Part shown: positions 13,300-26,700 of the stretch, piece by piece
Layout of the letters: each line of letters starts with the position of its first letter
How positions within the stretch are numbered: the first letter of the stretch is position 1
DNA from: Eledone cirrhosa
Taxonomy: Eukaryota
Assembly (NCBI GenBank): GCA_964016885.1
Contig: OZ024742.1
Coordinates: 167,958,001-168,022,000 of the forward strand
Length of the DNA: 64,000 bases
Direction: 5' to 3'
Translations under genes and position numbers: made by a program
Notes under the pieces: model-generated
The model's input: only the letters and a program-made list of their open reading frames with translations
The model's database searches: none
What the model was told of the DNA's origin: nothing

Positions 13300-15900
13300 C
13301 TAAAATTCCTAAAATTCCTAAAATTCCTAAAATTCCTAAAATTCCTAAAATTTATAAAATCCTAAATTGCTATAATTAGTAAAATTTTAAATTTCAATAA
13401 AATTCATAAAATTCATAAAATTACGAAAATTCGGAAAAATTCCTAAAATTCCTAAATTCAAAAAATTCAAACAATTCCTAAGATCTTAAATTTCATAAAA
13501 TTCCTAAAATTCCTAAAATTCCTAAGATTCCTAAAATACCTAAAATTTATATAATTCATAAAATTCCTAAAATTCCTAAAACTTATAAAATTGCTAAAAT
13601 TACTAAAATTCGTAAAATTCTAAAATTCATAAAATTACTAAAATTCCTAAAATTCCTCAAATTCCAAAAATTCATAAAATTAATAAAATTACTAAAATTA
13701 AAAAAGTTCATAATATTCCTAAGATTCCTAAAATTCCTAAAATTCCAAAAATTCATAAAATTCATAAAATTCATAAAATTCCTAAAAATTCATAAATTCC
13801 AAGAAATTCAAAAAATTCCTAAAATTCCTAAAATTCTTAAAATTCCTAAAATTCCTAAAATTCCTAAAATTCCCAAAATTCCAAAAATTCCTAAAATTCC
13901 TAAAATTACTAAAATTCATAAAATTCATAAAATTCATAAAATTCATAAAATTCATAAAATTCCTAAAATTCCTAAAATTCCTAAAATTCCTAAAATTCAT
14001 AAAATTCATAAAATTCCTAAAAATTCAAAAAATTACGAAAATTCAAAAAAATTCCTAAAATTCCTAAAATTCCTAGAATTCATAACATTTCTAATGTTCC
14101 TAAAATTCATAAAATTCCAAAGATTCCTAAAATTCCTAAAATTCCTAAAATTCAAAAAATTCATAAAAATCCTAAAATTCATAAAATTCCTAAAATTCCT
14201 AAAATTCCTAAAATTCATAAAATTACTAAAATTACTAAAATTCATAAAATTCCTAAAAATTCATAAAATTCCGAAAATTCCTAAAATTCCTAAAAATTCA
14301 TATAATTTCGAAAATTCCAAAAAATTCCTAAAATTCCTTAAATTCCTAAAATTCCAAAAATTCATAAAATTCATAAAATTCTTAAAATTCCTAAATTCCT
14401 AAAATTCCTAAAATTCATAGAAATTCCTAAAATTCCTAAAATTCCTAAAATTCAAAAATTCCTTAAATTCCAAAAATTCCTAAATTCCTAAAATTCCTAA
14501 ATTCCTAAAATTCCTAAAATTCCTAAAATTCTCCTAAAATTTATAAAATTCCTAAAATTAATAAAATTAGTAAAATTTTAAATTTCATAAAATTCCTAAA
14601 ATTCCTAAAATTTCTAAAATTCCTAAAATTCCTAAAATTCCTAAAATTTATAAAATTCCTAAAATTGCTATAATTAGTAAAATTTTAAATTTCATAAAAT
14701 TCATAAAATTCATAAAATTCCTAAAAATTCATAAAATTACGAAAATTCGGAAAAATTCCTAAAATTCCTAAAATTCAAAAAATTCAAACAATTCCTAAGA
14801 TTCTTAAATTTCATAAAATTCCTAAAATTCCTAAAATTCCTAAGATTCCTAAAATACCTAAAATTTATATAATTCATAAAATTCCTAAAATTCCTAAAAC
14901 TTATAAAATTGCTAAAATTACTAAAATTCGTAAAATTCCTAAAATTCATAAAATTACTAAAATTCCTAAAATTCCTCAAATTCCAAAAATTCATAAAATT
15001 AAAAAATTACTAAAATTCAAAAAGTTCATAAAATTCCTAAGATTCCTAAAATTCCTAAAATTCCAAAAATTCATAAAATTCATAAATTCATAAAATTCCT
15101 AAAAATTCATAAAATTCCAAGAAATTCAAAAAATTCCTAAAATTCCTAAAATTCTTAAAATTCCTAAAATTCCCAAAATTCCAAAAATTCCTAAAATTCC
15201 TAAAATTACTAAAAGTTCATAAAATTCATAAAATTCATAAAATTCATAAAATTCCTAAAATTCCTAAAATTCCTAAAATTCCTAAAATTCCTAAAATTCA
15301 TAAAATTCATAAAATTCCTAAAAATTCAAAAAATTACGAAAATTCCAAAAAAATTCCTAAAATTCCTAAAATTCCTAGAATTCATAACATTTCTAATGTT
15401 CCTAAAATTCATAAAATTCCAAAGATTCCTAAAATTCCTAAAATTCCTAAAATTCAAAAAATTCATAAAAATCCTAAAATTCATAAAATTCCTAAAATTC
15501 CTAAAATTCCTAAAATTCATAAAATTACTAAAATTACTAAAATTCATAAAATTCCTAAAAATTCATAAAATTCCGAAAATTCCTAAAATTCCTAAAAATT
15601 CATAAAATTCCGAAAATTCCAAAAAATTCCTAAAATTCCTTAAATTCCTAAAATTCCAAAAATTCATAAAATTCATAATATTCTTAAAATTCCTAAAATT
15701 CCTAAAATTCCTAAAATTCATAGAAATTCCTAAAATTCCTAAAATTCCTAAAATTCAAAAAATTCCTTAAATTCCAAAATTCCTAAAATTCCTAAAATCC
15801 TAAATTCCTAAAATTCCTAAAATTCCTAAAATTCCTAAAATTCTAAATTTATAAAATTCCTAAAATTAATAAAATTAGTAAAATTTTAAATTTCATAAAA
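13300..15900. repeat. ~1.3-kb tandem duplication within the 9-bp array (boundaries approximate)
   Basis: Private words TTGCTATAATTAGT, CAAACAATT and CCTAGAATTCATAACATTTCTAATGTT recur about 1.3 kb apart (AACATT at 14084 vs 15386); pseudo-ORFs at 14033/15326 and 14094/15396. Confidence 0.8.
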
Positions 15901-17799
15901 TTCATAAAATTCATAAAATTCATAAATTCATAAAATTCATAAAATTCATAAAATTTATAAAATTACTAAAATTCATAAAATTCCTAAAAATTCATAAAAT
16001 TCCGAAAATTCCTAAAATTCCTAAAAATTCATAAAATTCCTAAAATTCCCAAAAATTCCTAAAATTTATAAAATTCCTAAAATTACTAAAATTAGTAAAA
16101 TTTTAAATTTCATAAAATCATAAAATTCATAAAATTCCTAAAATTCCTAAAATTCTAAAATTCCTAAAATTCATAGAAATTCCTAAAATTCATAAAATTC
16201 AAAAAATTCCTAAAATTCCTAAAATTCCTAAAATTCCTAAATTCCTAAATTCCTAAAATTCATAAAATTCCTAAAATTCATAAATTCATAAAATTCATAA
16301 AATTACTAAAATTCCTAAAATTCCTAAAAATTCATAAAATTCCGAAAATTCCTAAAATTCCTAAAAATTCATAAAATTCCGAAAATTCCAAAAAATTCCT
16401 AAAATTCCTAAAATTCCTAAAATTCCAAAAATTCATAAAATTGATAAAATTCTTAAAATTCCTAAAATTACTAAAATTCCTAAATTTCCTAAAATTCCTA
16501 AAATTCTTAAAATTCCTAAAATTCCTAAAATTCCTAAATTCCTAAAATTCCTAAAATTGCTAAAACTCCAAAAATTCATAAAATTCATAAAATTCATAAA
16601 ATTCATAAAATTCATAAAATTCATAAAATACATAAAAATTCCTAAAATTCCTAAATTCCTAAAATTCAAAAAATTCGTAAAATTCCTAAAATTCCTAAAA
16701 TTCCTAAATTCCTAAATTCCTAAAATTACTAAAATTCATAAATTCATAAAATTTATAAAATTCCTAAAATTACTAAAATTCGTAAAATTTTAAATTTCAT
16801 AAAATTCATAAAATTCCTAAGATTCCTAAAATTCCTAAAATTTATAATTCATAAAATTCCTAAATTTCATAAAATTTATAAAATTCCTAAAATTACTAAA
16901 ACTTATAATTCATAAAATTCCTAAAATTCATAAAATTTATAAAATTCCTAAAATTACTAAAATTCGTAAAATTCCTAAAATTCATAAAATTCCAGAAAAT
17001 TCCTCAAATTTCAAAAATTCATAAAATTAATAAAATTCCTAAAATTCAAAAAGTTCATAAAATTCCTAAAATTCCTAAATTCCTAAAATTCCAAAAATTC
17101 ATAAAATTCATAAAATTCAGAAAATTCCTAAAAATTCATAAAATTCCAAGAAATTCAAAAAACTCCTAAAATTCATAAAATTCTTAAATTTCCTAAAATT
17201 CCTAAAATTCCTAAAATTCCAAAAGTTCCAAAAATTCCTAAAATTCCTAAAATTATTAAAATTCCTAAAATTCATAAAATTCATAAAATTCATAAAATTC
17301 CTAAAATCCATTAAATTCCTAAAATTCCTAAAATTCCTAAAATTCCTAAAATTCCTAAAATTTATAAAATTCATAAAATTCATAAAATTCATAAAAATTC
17401 AAAAAATTACGAAAATTCCAAAAAAATTACTAAAATTCCTGAAATTCAAGAAATTCAAAAAATTCCTAAAATTCTTGAATTTCATAAAATTCCTAAAATT
17501 CCTAAAATTCCTAAGATTCCTAAAATTCCTAAAATTTATATAATTCATAAAATTCAGAAAATTCCTAAAAATTCATAAAATTCATAAAATTCATAAAATT
17601 CATAAAAATTCCTAAAATTCCAAGAAATTCAAAAAATTCCTAAAATTCCAAAAATTCCTAAAATTTCATAAAATTTCAGAAAATTCCAAAAAATTCCTAA
17701 AATTCCTAAAATTCCTAAAATTCCAAAAATTCATAACATTCATAAAGTTCTTAAAATTCCTAAAAATTCCTAAAATTCCTAAAATTCCTAAAATTCATA

Positions 17800-20700
17800 G
17801 AAATTCCTAAAATTCCTAAAATTCCTAAATTCCTAAAATTCCTAAAATTCCTAAAACTCCAAAAATTCATAAAATTCATAAAATTCATAAAATTCATAAA
17901 ATTCATAAAATTCATAAAATTCATAAAATTCATAAAATACATAAAAATTCCTAAAATTCATAAAATTCCTAAAATTCAAAAAATTCCTAAAATTCCTAAA
18001 ATTCCTAAAATTCCTAAATTCCTAAATTCCTAAAATTACTAAAATTCATAAAATTCATAAAATTTATAAAATTCCTAAAATTACTAAAATTCGTAAAATT
18101 TTAAATTTCATAAAATTCATAAAATTCATAAAATTCCTAAGATTCCTAAAATTCCTAAAATTTATAATTCATAAAATTCCTAAATTTCATAAAATTTATA
18201 AAATTCCTAAAATTACTAAAATTTATAATTCATAAAATTCCTAAAATTCCTAAAATTTATAAAATTCCTAAAATTACTAAAATTCGTAAAATTCCTAAAA
18301 TTCATAAAATTCCAGAAAATTCCTCAAATTTCAAAAATTCATAAAATTAATAAAATTCCTAAAATTCAAAAAGTTCATAAAATTCCTAAAATTCCTAAGA
18401 TTCCTAAAATTCCAAAAATTCATAAAATTCATAAAATTCATAAAATTCCTAAAAATTCATAAAATTCCAAGAAATTCAAAAAATTCCTAAAATTCCTAAA
18501 ATTCTTAAATTTCCTAAAATTCCTAAAATTCCTAAAATTCCAAAAGTTCCAAAAATTCCTAAAATTCCTAAAATTATTAAAATTCCTAAAATTCATAAAA
18601 TTCATAAAATTCATAAAATTCATAAGATTCCTAAAATCCATTAAATTCCTAAAATTCATAAAATTCCTAAAATTCCTAAAATTCATAAAATTTATAAAAT
18701 TCATAAAATTCATAAAATTCATAAAAATTCAAAAAATTACGAAAATTCCAAAAAAATTTACTAAAATTCCTAAAATTCAAGAAATTCAAAAAATTCCTAA
18801 AATTCTTGAATTTCATAAAATTCCTAAAATTCCTAAAATTCCTAAGATTCCTAAAATTCCTAAAATTTATATAATTCATAAAATTCAGAAAGTTCCTAAA
18901 AATTCATAAAATTCATAAAATTCATAAAATTCCTAAAAATTCCTAAAATTCCAAGAAATTCAAAAAATTCCTAAAATTCCAAAAATTCCTAAAATTACTA
19001 AAATTCCGAAAATTCTTAAAATTCCTAAAATTCCTAAAATTCCTAAAATTCCAAAAATTTCTAAAATTCATAAAATTCCTAAAATTCCTAAAATTCCTAA
19101 AATTCATAACATTTCTAATGTTCCTAAAATTCATAAAATTCCAAAAATTCCTAAAATTCCTAAAATTCCTAAAATTCAAAAAATTCATAAAAATCCTAAA
19201 ATTCAAAAAATTCATAAAAATCCTAAAATTCATAAAATTCATAAAATTCATAAAATTCCTAAAATTCATAAAATTACTAAAATTCATAAAATTCCTAAAA
19301 ATTCATAAAATTCCGAAAATCCGTAAAATTCCTAAAATTTCATAAAATTCCGAAAATTCCAAAAAATTCCTAAAATTCCTAAAATTCCTAAAATTCCAAA
19401 ATTTCATAACATTCATAAAATTCTTAAAATTCCTAAAATTCCTAAAATTCCTAAAATTCCTAAAATTCCTAAAATTCATAGAAATTCCTAAAATTCCTAA
19501 AATTCCTAAAATTCAAAAAATTCCTTAAATTCCTAAAATTCATAAAATTCCTAAAATTCCTAAATTCCTAAAATTCCTAAAATTCCAAAAATTCATAACA
19601 TTCATAAAATACTTAAAATTCCTAAAATTCCTAAAATTCCTAAAATTCCTAAAATTCCTAAAATTCCTAAAATTCAAAAAATTCCTAAAATTCCTAAAAT
19701 TCCTAAATTCCTAAAATTCCTAAAATTCCTAAAATTCCTAAAAATTCCTAAAATTTATAAAATTCCTAAAATTACTAAAATTAGTAAAATTTTAAATTTC
19801 ATAAAATTCATAAAATTCATAAAATTCCTAAAAATTCATAAAATTACGAAAATTCGGAAAAATACCTAAAATTACTAAAATTCAAAAAATTCAAAAAATT
19901 CCTAAGATTCTTAAATTTCATGAAATTCATAAAATTCCTAAAATTCATAAGATTCCTAAAATTTATATAATTCATAAAATTCCTAAAATTCCTAAAATTT
20001 ATAAAATTCCTAAAATTACTAAAATTCGTAAAATTCCTAAAATTCCTAAAATTCCTAAAATTCCTAAAATTCCCAAAATTCATAAAATTCATAAAATTCA
20101 TAAAATTCATAAAAATTCATAAAATTCCAAGAAATTCAAAAAAATCCTAAAATTTCCTAAAATTCCTAAAATTCTTAAAATTCCTAAAATTCCTAAAATT
20201 CCTAAATTCCTAAAATTCCTAAAATTCCTAAAACTCCAAAAATTCATAAAATTCATAAAATTCATAAAATTCATAAAATTCATAAAATTCATAAAATTCA
20301 TAAAATTCATAAAATACATAAAAAATTCCTAAAATTCCTAAAATTCCTAAAATTCAAAAAATTCCTAAAATTCCTAAAATTCCTAAAATTCCTAAATTCC
20401 TAAATTCCTAAAATTACTAAAATTCATAAAATTCATAAAATTTATAAAATTCCTAAAATTACTAAAATTCGTAAAATTTTAAATTTCATAAAATTCATAA
20501 AATTCATAAAATTCCTAAGATTCCTAAAATTCCTAAAATTTATAATTCATAAAATTCCTAAATTTCATAAAATTTATAAAATTCCTAAAATTACTAAAAT
20601 TTATAATTCCTAAAATTCCTAAAATTCATAAAATTTATAAAATTCCTAAAATTACTAAAATTTATAATTCATAAAATTCCTAAAATTCCAAAAATTCATA

Positions 20701-23700
20701 AAATTCATAAAATTCATAAAATTCATAAAAATTCAGAAAATTCCAAGAAATTCAAAAAAATCCTAAATTTCCTAAAATTCCTAAAATTCTTAAAATTCCT
20801 AAAATTCCTAAAATTCCTAAATTCCTAAAATTCCTAAAATTCCTAAAACTCCAAAAATTCATAAAATTCATAAAATTCATAAAATTCATAAAATTCATAA
20901 AATTCATAAAATTCATAAAATTCATAAAATACATAAAAATTCCTAAAATTCATAAAATTCCTAAAATTCAAAAAATTCCTAAAATTCCTAAAATTCCTAA
21001 AATTCCTAAATTCCTAAATTCCTAAAATTACTAAAATTCATAAAATTCATAAAATTTATAAAATTCCTAAAATTACTAAAATTCGTAAAATTTTAAATTT
21101 CATAAAATTCATAAAATTCATAAAATTCCTTAGATTCCTAAAATTCCTAAAATTTATAATTCATAAAATTCCTAAATTTCATAAAATTTATAAAATTCCT
21201 AAAATTACTAAAATTTATAATTCATAAAATTCCTAAAATTCATAAAATTTATAAAATTCCTAAAATTACTAAAATTCGTAAAATTCCTAAAATGCATAAA
21301 ATTCCAGAAAATTCCTCAAATTTCAAAAATTCATAAAATTAATAAAATTCCTAAAATTCAAAAAGTTCATAAAATTCCTAAAATTCCTAAAATTCCTAAA
21401 ATTCCAAAAATTCATAAAATTCATAAAATTCATAAAATTCATAAAAATTCATAAAATTCCAAGAAATTCAAAAAATTCCTAAAATTCATAAAATTCTTAA
21501 ATTTCCTAAAATTCCTAAAATTCCTAAAATTCCAAAAGTTCCAAAAATTCCTAAAATTCCTAAAATTATTAAAATTCCTAAAATTCATAAAATTCATAAA
21601 ATTCATAAAATTCCTAAAATCCATTAAATTCCTAAAATTCATAAAATTCCTAAAATTCCTAAAATTCATAAAATTTATAAAATTCATAAAATTCATAAAA
21701 TTCATAAAAATTCAAAAAATTACGAAAATTCCAAAAAAATTACTAAAATTCCTAAAATTCAAGAAATTCCTAAAATTTCTAAAATTCCTAAAATTCCTAA
21801 ATTCCTAAATTCCTAAAATTACTAAAATTCATAAAATTCATAAAATTTATAAAATTCCTAAAATTACTAAAATTCGTAAAATTTTAAATTTCATAAAATT
21901 CATAAAATTCATAAAATTCATAAGATTCCTAAAATTCCTAAAATTTATAATTCATAAAATTCCTAAATTTCATAAAATTTATAAAATTCCTAAAATTACT
22001 AAAATTTATAATTCATAAAATTCCTAAAATTCATAAAATTTATAAAATTCCTAAAATTACTAAAATTCGTAAAATTCCTAAAATTCATAAAATTCCAGAA
22101 AATTCCTCAAATTTCAAAAATTCATAAAATTAATAAAATTCCTAAAATTCAAAAAGTTCATAAAATTCCTAAAATTCCTAAAATTCCTAAAATTCCAAAA
22201 ATTCATAAAATTCATAAAATTCATAAAATTCCTAAAAATTCATAAAATTCCAAGAAATTCAAAAAATTCCTAAAATTCATAAAATTCTTAAATTTCCTAA
22301 AATTCCTAAAATTCCTAAAATTCCAAAAGTTCCAAAAATTCCTAAAATTCCTAAAATTATTAAAATTCCTAAAATTCATAAAATTCATAAAATTCATAAA
22401 ATTCCTAAAATTCCTAAAATCCATTAAATTCCTAAAATTCATAAAATTCCTAAAATTCATAAAATTTATAAAATTCATAAAATTCATAAAATTCATAAAA
22501 ATTCAAAAAATTACGAAAATTCTTGAATTTCATAAAATTCCTAAAATTCCTAAAATTCCTAAGATTCCTAAAATTCCTAAAATTTATATAATTCATAAAA
22601 TTCAGAAAATTCCTAAAAATTCATAAAATTCATAAAATTCCTAAACATTCCTAAAATTCCAAGAAATTCAAAAAATTCCTAAAATTCCAAAAATTCCTAA
22701 AATTACTAAACTTCCGAAAATTCTTAAAATTCCTAAAATTCCTAAAATTCCTAAAATTCAAAAAATTCATAAAATTCATAAAATTCATAAAATTCCTAAA
22801 ATTCCTAAAATTCATAACATTTCTAATGTTCCTAAAATTCATAAAATTCCAAAAATTCCTAAAATTCCTAAAATTCCTAAAATTCAAAAAATTCATAAAT
22901 ATCCTAATATTCAAAAAATTCATAAAAATCTTAAAATTCATAAAATTCATAAAATTCATAAAATTCCTAAAATTCATAAAATTACTAAAATTCATAAAAT
23001 TCCTAAAAATTCATAAAATTCCGAAAATTCGTAAAATTCCTAAAATTTCATAAAATTCCGAAAATTCCAAAAAATTCCTAAAATTCCTAAAATTCCTAAA
23101 ATTCCAAAAATTCATAACATTCATAAAATTCTTAAAATTCCTAAAATTCCTAAAATTCCTAAAATTCCTAAAATTCCTAAAATTCATAGAAATTCCTAAA
23201 ATTCCTAAAATTCCTAAAATTCAAAAAATTCCTAGAATTCCTAAAATTCCTAAAATTCCTAAATTCCTAAAATTCCTAAAATTTATAAAATTCCTAAAAT
23301 TACTAAAATTAGTAAAATTTTAAATTTCATAAAATTCATAAAATTCATAAAATTCCTAAAAATTCATAAAATTACGAAAATTCGGAAAAATTCCTAAAAT
23401 TCCTAAAATTCAAAAGATTCAAAAAATTCCTAAGATTCTTAAATTTCATAAAATTCATAAAATTCATAAGATTCCTAAAATTCCTCAAATTTATATAATT
23501 CATAAAATTCCTAAAATTCCTAAAATTTATAAAATTCCTAAAATTACTAAAATTCGTAAAATTCCTAAAATTCATAAAATTCCTAAAATTCCTCAAATTC
23601 CAAAAATTCATAAAATTAAAATTCCTAAAATTCAAAAAGTTCATAAAATTCCTAAGATTCCTAAAATTCCTAAAATTCCAAAAATTCATAAAATTCATAA

Positions 23701-26700
23701 AATTCATAAAATTATTAAAATTATTAAAATTCCTAAAATTCCTAAAATTTATAAAATTCATAAAATCTATAAAATTCCTAAAATTCCTAAAATTCCTAAA
23801 ATTCCTAAAATTTATATAATTCATAAAATTCCTAGAATTCCTAAAATTTATAAAATTCCTAAAATTCCTAAAATTCCTAAAATTCCTAAAATTCCAAAAA
23901 TTCCTAAAATTCATAAAATTCATAAAATTCCTAAAATTCATAACATTTCTAATGTTCCTAAAATTCATAAAATTCCAAAAATTACTAAAATTCCTAAATT
24001 CCTAAAAGTCCTAAAATTTATAAAATTCCTAAAATTACTAAAATTAGTAAAATTTTAAATTTCATAAAATTCATAAAATTCATAAAATTCCTAAAAATTC
24101 ATAAAATTACGAAAATTTCTGAAAAATTCCTAAAATTCCTAAAATTCAAAAGATTCTTAAATTTCATAAATTTCATAAAATTTATAAAATTCCTAAAATT
24201 ACTAAAATTTATAATTCATAAAATTCCTAAAATTCATAAAATTTATAAAATTCCTAAAATTACTAAAATTTATAATTCATAAAATTCCTAAAATTCCTAA
24301 AATTTATAAAATTCCTAAAATTAATAAAATTAGTAAAATTTTAAATTTCATAAAATTCATAAAATTCATAAAATTCATAAAATTCATGAAATTCATAAAA
24401 TTCCTAAAATTCATAAAATTACTAAAATTCATAAAATTCCTAAAAATTCATAAAATTCCGAAAATTCCTAAAATTTCTAAAAATTCATAAAATTCCGAAA
24501 ATTCCCAAAAATTCCTAAAATTCCTAAAATTCCTAAAATTCCAAAAATTCATAAAATTCATAAAATTCATAAAATTCATAAAAATTCATAAAATTCCAAG
24601 AAATTCAAAAAAATCCTAAATTTCCTAAAATTCCTAAAATTCTTAAAATTCCTAAAATTCCTAAAATTCCTAAATCCTAAAATTCCTAAAATTCCTAAAA
24701 CTACAAAAATTCATAAAATTCATAAAATTCATACAATTCATAAAATTCATAAAATTCATAAAATTCATAAAATTCATAAAATACATAAAAATTCCTAAAA
24801 TTCATAAAATTCCTAAAATTCAAAAAATTCCTAAAATTCCTAAAATTCCTAAAATTCCTAAATTCCTAAATTCCTAAAATTACTAAAATTCATAAAATTC
24901 ATAAAATTTATAAAATTCCTAAAATTACTAAAATTCGTAAAATTTTAAATTTCATAAAATTCATAAAATTCATAAAATTCCTAAGATTCCTAAAATTCCT
25001 AAAATTTATAATTCATAAAATTCCTAAATTTCATAAAATTTATAAAATTCCTAAAATTACTAAAATTTATAATTCATAAAATTCCTAAAATTCCTAAAAT
25101 TTATAAAATTCCTAAAATTACTAAAATTCGTAAAATTCCTAAAATTCATAAAATTCCAGAAAATTCCTCAAATTTCAAAAATTCATAAAATTAATAAAAT
25201 TCCTAAAATTCAAAAAGTTCATAAAATTCCTAAAATTCCTAAGATTCCTAAAATTCCAAAAATTCATAAAATTCATAAAATTCATAAAATTCCTAAAAAT
25301 TCATAAAATTCCAAGAAATTCAAAAAATTCCTAAAATTCATAAAATTCTTAAATTTCCTAAAATTCCTAAAATTCCTAAAATTCCAAAAGTTCCCAAAAT
25401 TCCTAAAATTCCTAAAATTATTAAAATTCCTAAAATTCATAAAATTCATAAAATTCATAAAATTCATAAGATTCCTAAAATCCATTAAATTCCTAAAATT
25501 CATAAAATTCCTAAAATTCCTAAAATTCATAAAATTTATAAAATTCATAAAATTCATAAAATTCATAAAAATTCAAAAAATTACGAAAATTCCAAAAAAA
25601 TTACTAAAATTCCTAAAATTCAAGAAATTCAAAAAATTCCTAAAATTCTTGAATTTCATAAAATTCCTAAAATTCCTAAAATTCCTAAGATTCCTAAAAT
25701 TCCTAAAATTTATATAATTCATAAAATTCAGAAAGTTCCTAAAAATTCATAAAATTCATAAAATTCATAAAATTCCTAAAAATTCCTAAAATTCCAAGAA
25801 ATTCAAAAAATTCCTAAAATTCCAAAAATTCCTAAAATTACTAAAATTCCGAAAATTCTTAAAATTCCTAAAATTCCTAAAATTCCTAAAATTCCAAAAA
25901 TTTCTAAAATTCATAAAATTCCTAAAATTCCTAAAATTCCTAAAATTCATAACATTTCTAATGTTCCTAAAATTCATAAAATTCCAAAAATTCCTAAAAT
26001 TCCTAAAATTCCTAAAATTCAAAAAATTCATAAAAATCCTAAAATTCAAAAAATTCATAAAAATCCTAAAATTCATAAAATTCATAAAATTCATAAAATT
26101 CCTAAAATTCATAAAATTACTAAAATTCATAAAATTCCTAAAAATTCATAAAATTCCGAAAATCCGTAAAATTCCTAAAATTTCATAAAATTCCGAAAAT
26201 TCCAAAAAATTCCTAAAATTCCTAAAATTCCTAAAATTCCAAAATTTCATAACATTCATAAAATTCTTAAAATTCCTAAAATTCCTAAAATTCCTAAAAT
26301 TCCTAAAATTCCTAAAATTCATAGAAATTCCTAAAATTCCTAAAATTCCTAAAATTCAAAAAATTCCTTAAATTCCTAAAATTCATAAAATTCCTAAAAT
26401 TCCTAAATTCCTAAAATTCCTAAAATTCCAAAAATTCATAATATTCATAAAATACTTAAAATTCCTAAAATTCCTAAAATTCCTAAAATTCCTAAAATTC
26501 CTAAAATTCCTAAAATTCAAAAAATTCCTAAAATTCCTAAAATTCCTAAATTCCTAAAATTCCTAAAATTCCTAAAATTCCTAAAAATTCCTAAAATTTA
26601 TAAAATTCCTAAAATTACTAAAATTAGTAAAATTTTAAATTTCATAAAATTCATAAAATTCATAAAATTCCTAAAAATTCATAAAATTACGAAAATTCGG

